A DNA stretch of 64,000 bases from Octopus sinensis (GCF_006345805.1 NC_043000.1:116436001-116500000); one strand, 5' to 3'. Shown: positions 11,760 through 26,006, counted from the stretch's first letter. The notes: generated by a model not told the origin, from the letters alone. Translations and numbers: made by a program.

Positions 11760-12372
11760 TAACCTTTTCTCATAAAGGCACATGACCTGAAATTTTGGGG
11801 ACGGGGCTAGTCGATTAGATCGACGCCAGTACGTAACTAGTACTTAATTTATCGACCCCGAAAGAATGAAAGGCAAAGTTGACCTCAGTGGAATTTGAAC
11901 TCAGAATGTAGCCACGGGCGAAATGCCGCTGAGGCCTTCGTCCAAAGTGCTAATGATTCTGCATGCTCGCCGTCTTAATTCTGTAAATAATAATGTTTTC
12001 TACTCTAGGCACAAGGCACGAGATTTTTGTGGAGGAGGCCAGTCGATTAGATCGACCCCAGTCTGCAACTGGTACTTAATTTACCGACCCCGAAAGGATG
12101 AAAGGCAAAGTCGACCTTGGCAAAATTTAATGTGGCGACGGGTGAAATACCGCTAATCATGTCGGGCCGGGCGTGCTAACGTATCTGCCAGCTCGCCGTA
12201 TTATTATAACTTTTAATAACAATAATAATTCTTTCTATCATAGGCACAAAGCCGGAAAAACTGCAGGGAGGATGTAAGTCGATTTCAGTGACTCTAGTGC
12301 ATTACTGGTACTACTGTTATGGACCCCGACAGGATGAAAGTTAAAGTCGAGTCCAACCGAATTTGAACACAA
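11760..12372 (-). mobile_element. Three head-to-tail SINE family A copies
   Basis: three occurrences of gaccccga.aggatgaaag..aaagtcga separated by AAT-rich spacers. Confidence 0.8.
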
Positions 12373-12419
12373 GCTTATAATATATATATATATTATTACA
12401 TGAACATATATAAACAGAA

Positions 12420-12716
12420 GATACAAATATTACAGGCATCCCCCCACATACACACACTAAATAAACATAGGCGCACATAAAGATATAAGCATGCGCAAAT
12501 GAAGACATACAATAGAAATACAAAATGGCTGACGGTTAGTAAGGAGAGACACAAATAAGAAAGAAGAAAACAAAGGACCACTGATGCGGTCACAGGAGTG
12601 TGACGAAAGAACTCTGGCCGAAATAAGATTAAGATTAATGCAAAATAACACCGAATATATAGTGCGTGTGTTTTTATTGGCTAAACTGGCAATATGACCA
12701 TTCCGAAATATAACAA
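12420..12716 (+). mobile_element. pLTR-like repeat with hammerhead (12578-12617)
   Basis: CCA-CUGAUGC-G-GUCAC-aggagu-GUGAC-GAAA-GAAC-UC|UGG: stem I intact, core A9C. Confidence 0.7.
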
Positions 12717-12757
12717 TATATATATATAAATAAGCAAAAAGGATATCCAGAGGTAAT

Positions 12758-12847
12758 GCAGCATGGTCGTTTCATGCGACTCCATTTAATTGAACAATGC
12801 AATCATTTCATTACATCAATTTAAAATGTAGGGCAATCTTCAGCTGC
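12758..12847 (-). ncRNA. Degenerate hammerhead-like motif
   Basis: GCAG-CUGAAGA-UUGC...GCAU-GAAA-CGACC-AUG-CUGC: stem I and core intact, cleavage triplet is not NUH. Confidence 0.4.
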
Positions 12848-12958
12848 ACAAAAACAGAATTTAATTAATTTTGAAGGACACAGTATAATTTTACCCAAAA
12901 TCTTCAAGAGGGTAAGGGGATAGACAAAGAATAAGTTTTACCAGCAACATCACAGTTG

Positions 12959-13021
<63 letters not shown>

Positions 13022-13267
13022 GAGAATCTCCACATAGTTTCCGTCCACCAAATTGACTCAAATGTGTTGGTTGGTCCAATAGTTTAGGACCCTTTCTCAT
13101 GTGTTGTGCAATGAGATTGAACCTGAGACCACTTGATTGGTAAGCGAGCTCCTTAATCAGACATTCTCCGTTTTCATTGCTCTTTTCACATATCTCAAAG
13201 TAGATTGTATACTCCATCAGGATAAATCTGTAAGCATCCAGTTTCTGTTAGAGCATATTTCGTTATT

Positions 13268-13660
13268 CTTTCTTTTATTCTTTTATTTGTTTCAGTCATT
13301 TGACTGTGGCCATGCTGGAGCACCGCATTTAGTCGGGCAAATCTTTGTAAGCCTAGTATTTATTCTATCGTTCTCTCTTGCCGAACCGCTAAATGACGGG
13401 GACGTAAACACACTAGCATCGGTTGTCAAATGATGTTGGGGGGACAAACACAGACGCGCAAACATATACACACACAAACATATATATACATATATACGAC
13501 GGGCTTCTTTCAGTTTCCGTCTACCAAATCCACTCACAAGGATTTGGTCGGCCCGAGGCTATAGTAGAAGACACTTGCCCAAGGTTTCACGCAGTGGAGC
13601 TGAACCCAGAACCATGTGGCTGGTAAGCAAGCTACTTACCACACAGCCACTCCTACACCT
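13268..13660 (-). mobile_element. Bipartite tRNA-derived SINE family B (CORE-like, internal microsatellite)
   Basis: head ggagtggctgtgtggtaag, CORE-like accttgggcaagtg, internal (TA)(TG)n, tail ggtgctccagcatggccacagtcaaatgactgaaac. Confidence 0.85.
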
Positions 13661-14783
13661 ATAGAAGTTGTTAAATAAAACGGCAAAATACATTAGAAAA
13701 TGATTTCCGAAAAAAATTTAATCTTAGCTTAATTTTATTTAATGTGTGACGTAGTTTTTGTCTTGGACTGGAGGCCAAGGATGTACGTCTTGTGAAAGAA
13801 CTCATCAAAGAGAAATATGTGTGTGTTTGTCATTGTGTACGCGTGTGCGTTTGTGTGTGAGTGTTTGTATGTGCGTGGGAATGTGTGCGTGTGTTTATGT
13901 CTGTGGAATTTTTTTAAAAAGTGTGAATTACGAGATTATACGTGACATCATTATAGATCGGGTTTTACTATGTACACACATTGTGACAACAATTTCCTTT
14001 GTTTTATCGGAGAAACATTAAACAGAAGAGTAAAGGCCATCATATTTATGATTTAACTACATTTAATTACAGTTTAGCATCAATTATTTAATAAAATTTA
14101 ATGCGTCTACTTCACAAAATTAAATGAAATGTTATATTGCTTAACGAAGTCTTCGGTTGATGTAGAAGGAGCAAAGATACACGAATGTACACACATTCAC
14201 TAACACGAATACGCATGCTCACCGGAAGAACGTACACACACGCACACACACGCACACACACAAAAATGCATGCGCACGCACCCGTACACCCACACACACA
14301 CATACTCATCCAAGTTCACACATACCATCTTCTGGGTTTCAGTCAAATCCAGTAACTTATATAATAGAATATGTCGTTCTTTACAAAACGTTAAATAACG
14401 TTTAGAAATGTTTTCAATAATATTTTACTACGGGAGTAGGAAACATGGTGATAAAGGAATTCAATTCTGAGTACGAAGATGTGAACGAGAAAGTGTTGTA
14501 TTGATTCAATAATATATTCCTGTGTGGACCACAACGCTACTGTGTTTTCTCAAGCACAAGAGTTGCACGTCTGGCCATTGATGCGACGGGACGGACTACA
14601 AAATGGATTTTAACAATACGAGTATTTTTTAATATATCGTACACAAATGTACATATATAGACCAATAGGTGTACATACATGCACACACGTGAATACGCAC
14701 GCACACATACTCAGACACACAAGCGTGTGTGTTGAGAGTTACATAAGGAAATAGAGCGATTTAAATAATTATATAGATAGACA

Positions 14784-14877
<94 letters not shown>

Positions 14878-14898
14878 TATATAATATATATATAAATA

Positions 14899-15112
14899 AG
14901 CCGGTGAGCTGGTAGAAACGTTAGCACGCCGGGCGAAATGTTTTCTGGTATTTGGTCCGCCGCTGCGTTCTGAGTTCAAATTCCACCGAGATCGTCTTTG
15001 TCTTTTATTGTTTCGGAGTCGATAAATTAAGTTTCAGTTGCGTACTAGGGTCGATCTAATCGACTGGCCGCGCCCACCAAAATTTCGGGCCTTGTTCCTA
15101 GAGTAGAAATGA
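14899..15112 (+). mobile_element. SINE family A
   Basis: ccggtgagctggtagaaacgttagcacgccggg. Confidence 0.8.
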
Positions 15113-15163
15113 ATACCCTAAGATTGGACAATATGAGTGTTGTTATGACAACATTTTTTTAAA

Positions 15164-15221
15164 CGGTGGTGCATCAGCATAGCCACAGCTCTGAGCTGAA
15201 ACTTAAAAAAAAAAAAAAAAA
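15164..15221 (+). mobile_element. Extreme 3' tip of the CR1-group LINE with poly(A)
   Basis: cggtggtgcatcagcatagccacagctctgagctgaaact followed by an A run; matches 5617-5653 and 22283-22321. Confidence 0.7.
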
Positions 15222-15252
15222 CATACACATAAATATATCTATTTAATCGGTA

Positions 15253-15283
<31 letters not shown>

Positions 15284-15424
15284 AAATATCTATCTATCTA
15301 TCTATCTATCTCTATATATATCCCAAGAAAGTTAGAGGTTGTGAATCCAACCAACTGAGGGATGTATGTTATCTTTTCTTAATTACTGGTACCTTTATAT
15401 ATTTTATATGTAAAACATAATATG

Positions 15425-15466
<42 letters not shown>

Positions 15467-15566
15467 TCTTGTAATTGCCATTTTAGTAAATAAACAAATA
15501 CATTGACATAAATATAATGTTTACAAGTTGATGAACCACTTATTGACCCCCTCCATTTTCTTATTG

Positions 15567-15601
<35 letters not shown>

Positions 15602-15650
15602 CATACATATATATATATATATATATTTACATAAACACACACACGCACAA

Positions 15651-15711
<61 letters not shown>

Positions 15712-15790
15712 AAATATTAGGGAATAAACCAAACTTACAGGGAAAAATCAGATTTAGGATTGAATCCAATTTTATAGTAAAATATTATAT

Positions 15791-16066
15791 TATATTAAAT
15801 AGCGATAAAACCACTATTAGGCAAATAATACAATGAAAAACTTAAGCCAATACATAAGATTAATTCATTTATACTATTTTAAATATATATCAAAATTATT
15901 AAAAAAAGATAATTAGTATAACACTACGATCGTTTCATGGCTGTCCATGAATTTTTAATAATTTTGATATATATTTAAAATAATATAAATTAATTAATCT
16001 TATGTATTGACTTAAGTTTTTCATTGTATGATTTGCCTAATAGTGGTTTTATCTCTAATTTAATAT
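15791..16066. repeat. Fold-back repeat (about 115-bp arms) with a half hammerhead in the loop
   Basis: arms match at high identity; loop on the minus strand reads AUGG-acag-CCAU-GAAA-CGAUCG-UA|GUG with no CUGANGA. Confidence 0.85.
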
Positions 16067-17266
16067 TATATATATATATATATATATGTAAATTTGGAGG
16101 TCACACGCAGAACATGGAGTGGTATGTGAACTGCAAAGGGTAAAATTCATACGTAAATATTCAATGTCAATGCCTAAAATGAGGTACTGATATTCATGTA
16201 ACGCTAGTTCTCAGGTAATAAGTGTCCTGTAATAGAGGTTGATATCCTGAATGTCACTTCGACCTGCATCTCAAGTTATATTTTCTTCGTGGTTTTATTT
16301 GTAATGTAGTTAAATGCCCAGCTGTCAGTAGTGCATAAATCACAATTTTGCTACAAATCCTGTTAGGGCTGGTGCTTTGAGTGTTCTTTATTTGGCTGTT
16401 CAACTGGAGACAGTCTCTTTCAGGAATCCTTTAAAGCGAGAAGATTAAACGTAGGTCATCTTCTAATATTTACGAACATAAATAGGTGGTTGGGATGGCA
16501 TGTCATAAATATTCCTCTTGTCAGTCTCTATATAATGTTTGGTTGTATTGCTTTGGTTGCTCTACGATTTTGGATGTAAAAGTTTGCTCGTTGATGGGTA
16601 GCCGCTAAGAATTGTCGATTCAACAAAAGCTAAGCTTCCTTTCTCGGTGATCGGCGGTTGGCGTGACACGAAGCTTCTCGTGTCGGTGATGTGATTATAT
16701 GCATGTGCGTAAATAAATTTATATACACAAATATATTTAAAATAATATAAATGTATTTATAAACCTATATATCCATAACCACTTGGAGATGGAACACATA
16801 GAGAGAATATTATCTGATAAAACAATAGGAAAATTAGTTATAGTGAAACATCAAAAGTGAAAAGATACAATACATCCAAACAAATATTAGCTCACAAAAG
16901 CAAATCCATACTCACAATAAATCCGTTCTACAACGCTGAGAACATTTTTTAAAGACAATTTGGAAATTGCATGTAAACCTAATATCAGAAAAGGCGGGGG
17001 TAGGTGTTTATGGGCAGCTTATATAAATACATATCTTCCAGTAGGAATACGCGGAAAATTGTAAAATTATGTCGAAGTTAGAAACAATGGATTCCTCAGA
17101 TCAGTTGCGCGAGTTAGAATCATACAGTTTACTCAACTCATAAATAAACTCATTCATTGAATGCATAGAATTCTTAGAATGCTGAATAATATCATTTAAT
17201 AAACATTTTGTTCTCAGGCACCAACACTCCAGCAAACATCGGTAGGCGCTTATACACGCACACACA

Positions 17267-17333
<67 letters not shown>

Positions 17334-17341
17334 ATATGCGC

Positions 17342-17373
<32 letters not shown>

Positions 17374-17381
17374 TATATATA

Positions 17382-17429
<48 letters not shown>

Positions 17430-17709
17430 ATATGCGCATATATATATATATATTATATATATATATATACATACATAGATACATACCTACATACACACAC
17501 AAACACATATATATATATATGTATATGCCTAGCAGAATTTTATCTGCTTTTACGCATTGTGTTCTAATTCTGCGGAGGCGCACTTTACATTTTAGTTTTT
17601 CAGCATCGATAAAATGAAGTACCTGTTGAACACTGGTGTCGCTGTCATCCACGTATCACTCCCCGAAATTGGTGACCTTGCGTCAACATTTGAAATCACT
17701 ATTATTATT

Positions 17710-18170
17710 ATTCAGTGAGTGAGAGAGCAGTGCATGCCATTAAAGTAACACTGGGGTACAATATACGAAGCCCAGTATACCCATCATAACTACCCGTCTG
17801 ATAAGGATACACTAGGCACATGCATCACAACCATATGTGCGCAACATGGTAAGGGCTGTTTAAGGATGTCGAACGAACCACCCATGTTTCCAGAGGTGAA
17901 TAATTCAAACCCCAAAGAATCTCTCTCAACACATGGCTATGATGCTCCCCCACTCCTTCTGCTTGTGATCAGAGATGTACATATCATCAGCCACTAAGGG
18001 ACATGCTCAACTGGTTAAGGTCAAACAACTGACAAGCAAATCTGTGGTATTGAGCAGAATATTTGTTGTAGCCCATCTTTTATACCAAGACAAAACAATG
18101 TACATGATAACACTTCCAATCAGTTGAGGTGAGAAGCCATGAGAGCCACTATATGTTACTGCATCAGAAC
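17710..18170. mobile_element. Unclassified interspersed repeat (probably non-LTR-derived)
   Basis: GC-richer block bounded by (ATT)n tracts; single copy here, family call from recollection only. Confidence 0.35.
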
Positions 18171-19130
18171 ATTTTATTATTATTATTATTATAGTTGTTG
18201 TTGTTATTATCATTATTACTATTATTATTATCATTATTATTATTTTGCAATCATTTCAAATCATTGCTTGTATTTTCATCGGTATCATTAATAGCTTTTA
18301 TTTTTTAATGATCATAATTATAAAGTTCTTCGTTATCATCATCATTTTGATCAACTTCATTATCATTATTATAGTTATTATCACGTTACGGATATCATTT
18401 TATTAATAATACCGTCGCTACTGTTATTCCAAAGCTATTGCCTCGTTTATTGTTCTTGAGATTAATTAAAACAACTTTCCCACAGAGAACTACATTCTAC
18501 AATGCGAAGAGCACAAATATTTATTCGTAAATCAATTTACGACCTACGAATGAATGGTAAAACCAAGAACATTCGTACATTTGAAGGCACCATGGTCTAG
18601 ACAATATGTCTGATATGCTTTACTCACTTATATACAAATGGCGATACTGCTTAGCCTACATGGAAATTAACTGTCTTGTCTCAGACACTAAAATTTCTTA
18701 TTACTTTCTTCTATACTTGATGCTAATTCTCATAGACTATTTCTAATACTTTATTACTTTTTTAGATAGATCTGAATACTGGTACAAGTATGTCTCCTTC
18801 CTCTCTATCACACGACTTTTTTCTGTTTCGATATGGTCTTATTTATGCATACTAAAATATATAGGTGTAAATTTGAGGCTCTCGATAAATATCTCTTCAA
18901 AAGACCGAAGAAAGTGGAAAACTGCTTAACAATTCATTATGTAGCCATTTTAGACGCACGTATCATTGAATTTGTTTGAAATACCAAGAATTGATATCTG
19001 ATAAAATTCAAATTGTAGCCAGGTTTTATATCGATAATAATAATGTACAATGTAATAAGTCAGGCTAAACAGCACCCGAAATATCTAGTAAATGCTATGG
19101 TAGTAATTGTGTGTGTGCTATATATATATA

Positions 19131-19630
<500 letters not shown>

Positions 19631-19944
19631 GATATATATATATACGCAGCCAAACACACAGAGTTTTGTAAACGTATACGGCATAAATATGTACAAAATT
19701 AATCAAGAATATATACACAATCATATTATATGTGCGCATGTGTTTATATATCTTTATATACATCTACATACACAACCATATACATGTTTTTGTGCGCGTA
19801 TTTATTGTTGTATTTAGTTAAGCTCAGTATATGGACCTATAGGACTAAATTGAATATAATTTCTTTAAAGCCTTCACGTTTTCTACTCAGAGTTTCAAAC
19901 TGTTATTTGCATTATTTTATCCACACGCACACACATATTATATG

Positions 19945-20002
<58 letters not shown>

Positions 20003-21854
20003 AACTGTATATTATATATATTATAATATTATTTATTCTCCGATTTGAAGTGACAATTTGTAAGTATAAACAAGTGGCCGAAAAATATGAAAAAACCTAA
20101 TGCTGAATCGAACTCAAAAATCGACACTTTCTTGGCTCCTTACGAATCTGATTGGCCAAATGCCTGCTCATCAATTTCTGTCAAATTTAGTTAATATATA
20201 CATAAATTGTCTTGATACTACATAAATAATATTTTTATAAGCAAACCCCAAAGGCTTTGCGAGTTACGGAGAGAAAGCTATTAAGGAAGGCTCATAGTAC
20301 ATATATATATATATATATATATAGATAGATAGATAGATAGATAGCTAACGTATAGATAAATATATTCATAAATGTATCTATGTGTAAATACAACTACATA
20401 CTTAGATATATGTATGTACTTCTTTATATACATCCACACTTTGAGATAGACCGTTAACTGTAATAACAGACAGATTAAAGCTACATGTATTTAAATGAAG
20501 TGACTTGTTCATTTCTTTAGTGTATAGCGTTGTATAAGTATTGAGAAATTATTTGATATTGACAAATAACGAGGTTTTATAAATGAGTCGGAATAATCAA
20601 TCTTGAACAAACACACATAAAGAAAATGTTTTCATGGAGTTACTTCCAGCACATCTAAGAATATAAGTCGCTTATCGACTAACAGAACTTTAGAACTTCC
20701 AGACCATCTTATTATATATGTCGCTTTTCATATAGCTTTGTTATATTTGGCAGGAAATTTCGTGTGGCTTAAATAACGAAGACTGGAGGGTAGAAGAACA
20801 TGGAACAGACCGTTTTCTTGTGGATCTGAAAATACATTCTTACGGAGAATTTATTAGTAATCGAACAGGGCCCTGTGGAAAGCTATAAGCTAGCAATTTG
20901 AAAACAGTAACCATCGAATTACCTGAGAACTATATAACATATATCAGCGTCTATGAAGGACGATTGATAGGTATAGTAGTTTAGAATTATAAAACGAAGA
21001 GTGGAATGAGTACATAACGAATTATTTGAAAGAAAACTACAGAACGAAACAGGATATATATATATCCTGTGTCTGCGTTTTGGAATAATTGTTGTATTTC
21101 GCTAAAGGGTATAGCTTTCGGGAAATTAGATTGAATTTAGTTCTATTGAACTATGGGTAGAGCTGAATTAAATATGCCAATAAACACACTCGCTCACACA
21201 CACACATATATATATAAATCTACATACATGCACATACATCACACACTAACACACTATATGTGTGTATTTGTACGTTTTATATATAAAAATATATGCAAGT
21301 ATGTGTCTCGATATATTTTATTGTATATACATACATGCGTATACATACATATATATACAAGTATATAGACATATGTATAGGTGTATGTGTGTGTGTATGT
21401 ACGTGTGTTTCTGTGTTTGGATGTGTGTATCTGCTTGAAATGATTTGTATCTTTCAAAAATATATATAGTTGGGTGATTGTAGGAATAACGTTTTTTAGA
21501 CTTTTATTCTTAAGCATCAAAGAATAAAAGACTTCTAGACACGAATTCTAAACACTTTTTTTTTTGTTCACTGTTTCAACACATCTAAAACCCACCTTCC
21601 TATACATCCCCATTTACATTTCTAAAGGACAGCATCTTTAAAAAACCTCTTGAAATATCTTCAAACTTTCTCTTTATTCAACTCCTCCAGGCATAGTAAC
21701 TATCCACACAAAGACACGCACACACATGCACACACTCATACACACACACAAAGATACATACACAGAAAGATACACTCGCACATACAAAGACACACACAAG
21801 CATACATACATATATGCATACACATATACTTACATACATACATATAGCCTCTGT

Positions 21855-22335
21855 GCAGCATATAAGCTACTGGGATCCTTAGAGCGTAGGCGAGAAAGAT
21901 ATGCTATAATATACATCTGGAAGATCCGAGGACTTGTCCCAAACTTTGGGATCGAGAGTTACACAAATGCTAGAACTGGGCGCCACTGCATAGTGCCAAG
22001 GACTCCAAATTTTCCGTCAAGATGTAGGACAAGATACTGTGATAGCCTGGGCTTCAGAGGTCCACAGCTCTTCAATATCCTCCCGAAGAACCTGAGAGAC
22101 CTGCATGAGGTGGATGGAGATGTCTTTAAAATAAAACTGGATTTCTTTCTGTCAGGTGTCCCAGATGAACCAACTTCACGGCAGGAGGTGCAGATGAGGG
22201 CAGCTGCATCGAACTCTCTCATGCACCAAATGGCAATTGCTAAAAAGCATTCGTGAAGTAAAATCATGTAGCAACACCAAATGGCGGTGCCCCAGCATGG
22301 CCACAGCTCGTGAGCTGAAACTAGATAAAATAAAA
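21855..22335 (+). mobile_element. 5'-truncated CR1/L2-group LINE, same family as 4957
   Basis: SLERRRERYAIIYIWKIRGLVPNFG...FRGPQLFNILPKNL...DEPT; same 3' UTR and an A-rich tail. Confidence 0.9.
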
Positions 22336-22361
22336 AAAAAGAATAAAAAATACACGCCGAA

Positions 22362-22518
22362 GCGTAGCTGTGTGGTAAGGGGGTTACTTCCCAACCACAT
22401 AATTCCTAGTTTAGCTCCATTGCGTGGCACATTGAGGCAACTGTCTTTCACCATAGGCCCGGGCCGACCAAACTTAGGGAGTGGTTTTCGTAGACGAAAA
22501 CTGAAAGAAGCTCGTTGT

Positions 22519-22520
<2 letters not shown>
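22362..22520 (+). mobile_element. SINE family B, 5' half
   Basis: gctgtgtggtaag...aactgaaagaagctcg running into (TA)n. Confidence 0.7.
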
Positions 22521-22585
<65 letters not shown>

Positions 22586-22644
22586 TGATTTGTGTGTATA
22601 TATCTATATTTTATTTATTTAAAGGTGACAATACATGTGTTAAA

Positions 22645-22697
22645 GCGATATTAATAGTTTCATATGTTGAGAAAACTCAAACATAATCTTCAGGCGC
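22645..22697 (-). ncRNA. Type I hammerhead-like motif (decayed)
   Basis: GCGC-CUGAAGA-U-UAUGUU-u-GAG-uuuu-CUC-AACAUA-U-GAAA-CUAUUAA-UA|UCGC. Confidence 0.55.
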
Positions 22698-22789
22698 AAA
22701 CCAGATATCACAACGTTATGACATGTGGGTTGCATCTGAAGAATATATATAAACATCCTGACCAGCTACAAAAGAGACCAGTAAAACAC

Positions 22790-23150
22790 TTTTTTCTTCT
22801 TTCTCTTCCTTTCCTTCTTTTTCTTTAACACTTTTTTCTGATACAAAACACACACACACGCACCCCCCCACACACACACACATGCTCTCGCACTTTCTTC
22901 CCATTCATCACCCTCTTGTACTATCTTATATCCGTCCCCACCACTACACACTCAATAACACTATAAAAATAGTCAAATTTTCCCCCAAGAAGTTAGTTCA
23001 ATTTGAAAACTCCACTAGAATGGACGAAAGCGCAAATATATGATATATAAAAACATATAATATACAAATAAATATCTGTAAATATAAAACCATCCGAATT
23101 TCTGAGTACCTCAGCTCTTCTAATATAACATACATGTACATCATCTCCAA
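22790..23150. repeat. Unclassified dispersed repeat (second copy at about 63070-63325)
   Basis: shared cccattcatcaccctcttgtactatcttata...gtacatcatctcc. Confidence 0.75.
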
Positions 23151-23159
23151 ACCTCCTAA

Positions 23160-24949
23160 TATATATATATATATATATAAAACTGAAATGCGGTTTTACC
23201 GCTTGGATCGCTTTCAAGGCCACTACGACCCGTCCGATTCGCTCCAAAATTTACAGGGACATGTAGAATGAGGTGACGATGCCCGTGGGCTAACTTACAA
23301 ATCCCTATCTTAAAAGATGTGGTTGCTAGGGGCCATCTTCCTCACTCACGCTATTTCCTACATTCCCCTCTCACTCCCCTTTATGTATAACTTTGACAAT
23401 GTCCACTCCCGTTATTTAATGTAACTCACTCTCGCTATTTCCTCTCTTTTTCACTCACTCTGTTTCCTAGCTTCCCATTACGTCGACGTTCTTTTATGTA
23501 TCTGTGTGTCACCAACAACACACGAGCATGAGAACAAATATTATGAATCAGATATTCTTGCGTTATATAATGTATGTGTGTGTGTGTGTGTGTTCTATAT
23601 ATAAATATGTATATATACAAAGTGTATATATCTGTATTTATGTATATTAAACTTTTTCATACTTTTTCATAGTTATATATGTTTTAAAGCAAATTATAAA
23701 TATAATTTAATAATTTTTATTTTCAATTTAAATAATTTAAATTTTTTAATTTTATATTTTATATATTTTCTATATTATATATATTATATATATATATATA
23801 TAATGTGTGCATTACGTAGTCGGTCGATTCAGCTGAAAATATGCACACCTATGTTAAAAGTGCTGGCAAGTTTGCATGACAACTATTTTTTTCCTCAAAT
23901 GAAAGGTGTCACCTCTAGGACAAAATTCCTCATCTTATAAAATGTAGCCCCAGTACACCCGAATGAAATCGGGTTATATTAACCAAAATGTGAAAAGGGG
24001 TCTAAATGGGGCTGCAAGGGGATTAAAATTTAAAGGAGCGGGTGTTTAGGAATTCTCTGTTACATCAAGCTAAAAAATTTGCGCCAGCCTTTTAATCGTC
24101 AATGTGTTGCCGTCCATGATGAAGAAGTTTTGAATACTTGCCATGGTCAGTCTACTGTCGTGTTTAGGAATTTTCTTTTACAAAAAGTTCAAAATTTTAC
24201 GCCAGCCGTTAAACTGCTACTGCGTTGCTGTCCGTCGTTAAGAAATGCCAGCCATGGTGACTCTGCTATCCTCAGATTCTATCCCTTCAAACTTTGGTTT
24301 CCAATAATTTATTATTTTTATTCAGCTCGCAAGTTCGTCTGTCCCTTTTAAATGTTAGTGTTTTGCTGTCTGCCTTGAAGCAGACCTTTCCGTTGTTACT
24401 GTCTGATATTTATGATTGATATTTCTAAATATTTTATTTCTCAACTTACTCAAGATATTTTGTTGTTTATAAATGGGAAAGAGATAGATAAAGCGAGGGA
24501 GAGTCCGAGAGAAAGGAAGAGTAACAGAGTGGGAAAGTGAGAGAGAAAGGAGAAAGAAACAAAGAGGGAGAATCATCATCATCATCATCGTTTAACGTCC
24601 GTTTTCCATGGTAGCACGGGTTGGACAGTTTGACCGGGGTCTGGGAAGCCAGGAGGCTGCACCAGGCTCCAGTCTGATCTGGCAGTGTTTCTACAGGTGG
24701 ATGCCCTTCCTAACGCAAACCACTCTGTGAATGTAGTGGGTGCTTTTTTCGTGCCGCCGGCACAGGTGCCAGGGGGTCTCGCAGCGGCAACGATCGGTTG
24801 GTGCTTTTTATGTACCAACGGCACAGAAGCCGGTCATTGCGGCGCTGCAATCGGCCACGTTCGGATGGTGCTTTTAACGTGCTGAAAGGAAGCAACAGAA
24901 AGTAACAACCACACTCTTACCCGCGCGTAGAGCGGCTTACCTTTAGCTA

Positions 24950-24950
<1 letters not shown>
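23160..24950 (+). mobile_element. Candidate non-autonomous Helitron(s) with a nested insertion
   Basis: 5' TATATAAAACTGAAATG resembles the 3941 end; 3' hairpin ccgc-gcgtaga-gcgg lies 11 nt before CTAG at 24947-24950; whether both ends belong to one element is uncertain. Confidence 0.4.
24572..24894 (-). mobile_element. RTE-type 3' UTR / derived SINE fragment with (ATG)n tail
   Basis: (cat)n tail, ggatgcccttcctaacgc motif, three ggtgcttttt..gt.cc.acggcac subrepeats. Confidence 0.55.
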
Positions 24951-25000
<50 letters not shown>

Positions 25001-25004
<4 letters not shown>

Positions 25005-25143
25005 ATCCAAACAAGAAAGCACAAAAGAACACAACAACGCGAGGACATGGAACAAATATAGTATTATTGGACGCTCAGGAAAGAAGGAGGGTTTAACGTT
25101 TCGAGCGGAGCTCTTCGTCGGAAACATAGGAGAAGGAAAGATC
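25001..25143 (-). mobile_element. Short repeat family E carrying a hammerhead-like motif (25091-25125)
   Basis: GUUU-CCGACGA-A-GAGC-ucc-GCUC-GAAA-CG-UU|AAAC. Confidence 0.7.
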
Positions 25144-25570
25144 ATATATATATATATATAGATATATATATATATATATATATATATAACTCCTTGCGAC
25201 AATATTTACATTATCTTCTTGTGACAATGTACGCTTTCATGTAATTAAGATTTCCTTGGCCTGAAGAGTACCCTGAGTTATACAACGTGCTTACATGAAA
25301 CATATGTAGCCCGGATCTGATCTACTTTTTACTTTAAATCTTGTATTATTATTTGCATACCCGGCAGACTTTGTTGCTTACCGTGAAATATAAAAGGAAC
25401 ATTTTTCAATTTATTGTATTTCGATAAGAAAAAATCCACAAACTCCCGTCTCAATAAACCACTATTGTCCTTGAAAGTTGCTGTTTATATTTCATTCGGA
25501 TTACTTGAAACTAACTTTCTTCCTATACCGCGATCCTTCAATATTATGTGTGTATGTGTGTGTGTGTAAG

Positions 25571-25968
25571 TGGCAGGAGTGGATGTGTGGTAAGTGGCTT
25601 GCTAACCAGCCACATGGTCCTGGGTTCAATTCCACTGCGTGGCATCTTGGGCAAGTGTCTTCTGCTATAGCCCCGGGCCGACCAATGACTTGTGAGTGGA
25701 TTTGGTTGACGGAAACTGAAAGAAGCCTGTCGTATATATGTATATATATATATATGTTTGTGTGTGTGTTTGTTCTCCTAGCATTGCTTGACAACCGATG
25801 CTGGTGTGTTTACGTCCCCGTCACTTAGCGGTTCGGCAAAAAGAGACCGATAGAATAAGTACTGGGCTTACAAAAAGAATAATTCCCGGGGTCGAGTTGC
25901 TCGACTAAAGGCGGTGCTCCAGCATGGCCGCAGTCAAATGACTGAAACAAGTAAAAGAGTAAAGAGAG

Positions 25969-25970
<2 letters not shown>
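25571..25970 (+). mobile_element. SINE family B, full length
   Basis: both halves and the tail are present. Confidence 0.9.

Positions 25971-26006
<36 letters not shown>

Noticed and set aside
16090-16700. Possible decayed PLE linker/GIY-YIG region (CxxC-like on the minus strand) next to the 15.8-kb fold-back
   Set aside because: Needs frameshifts and shows no recognisable GIY-YIG motif; cannot be supported by eye.
21048-21070. 22-bp perfect palindrome acaggatatatatatatcctgt
   Set aside because: Mostly (TA)n; expected by chance in this composition.
24068-24140. Minus-strand peptide FFIMDGNTLTIKRL resembling an ammonia-lyase N-terminus
   Set aside because: Short, stop-bounded and without supporting exons; likely coincidence.
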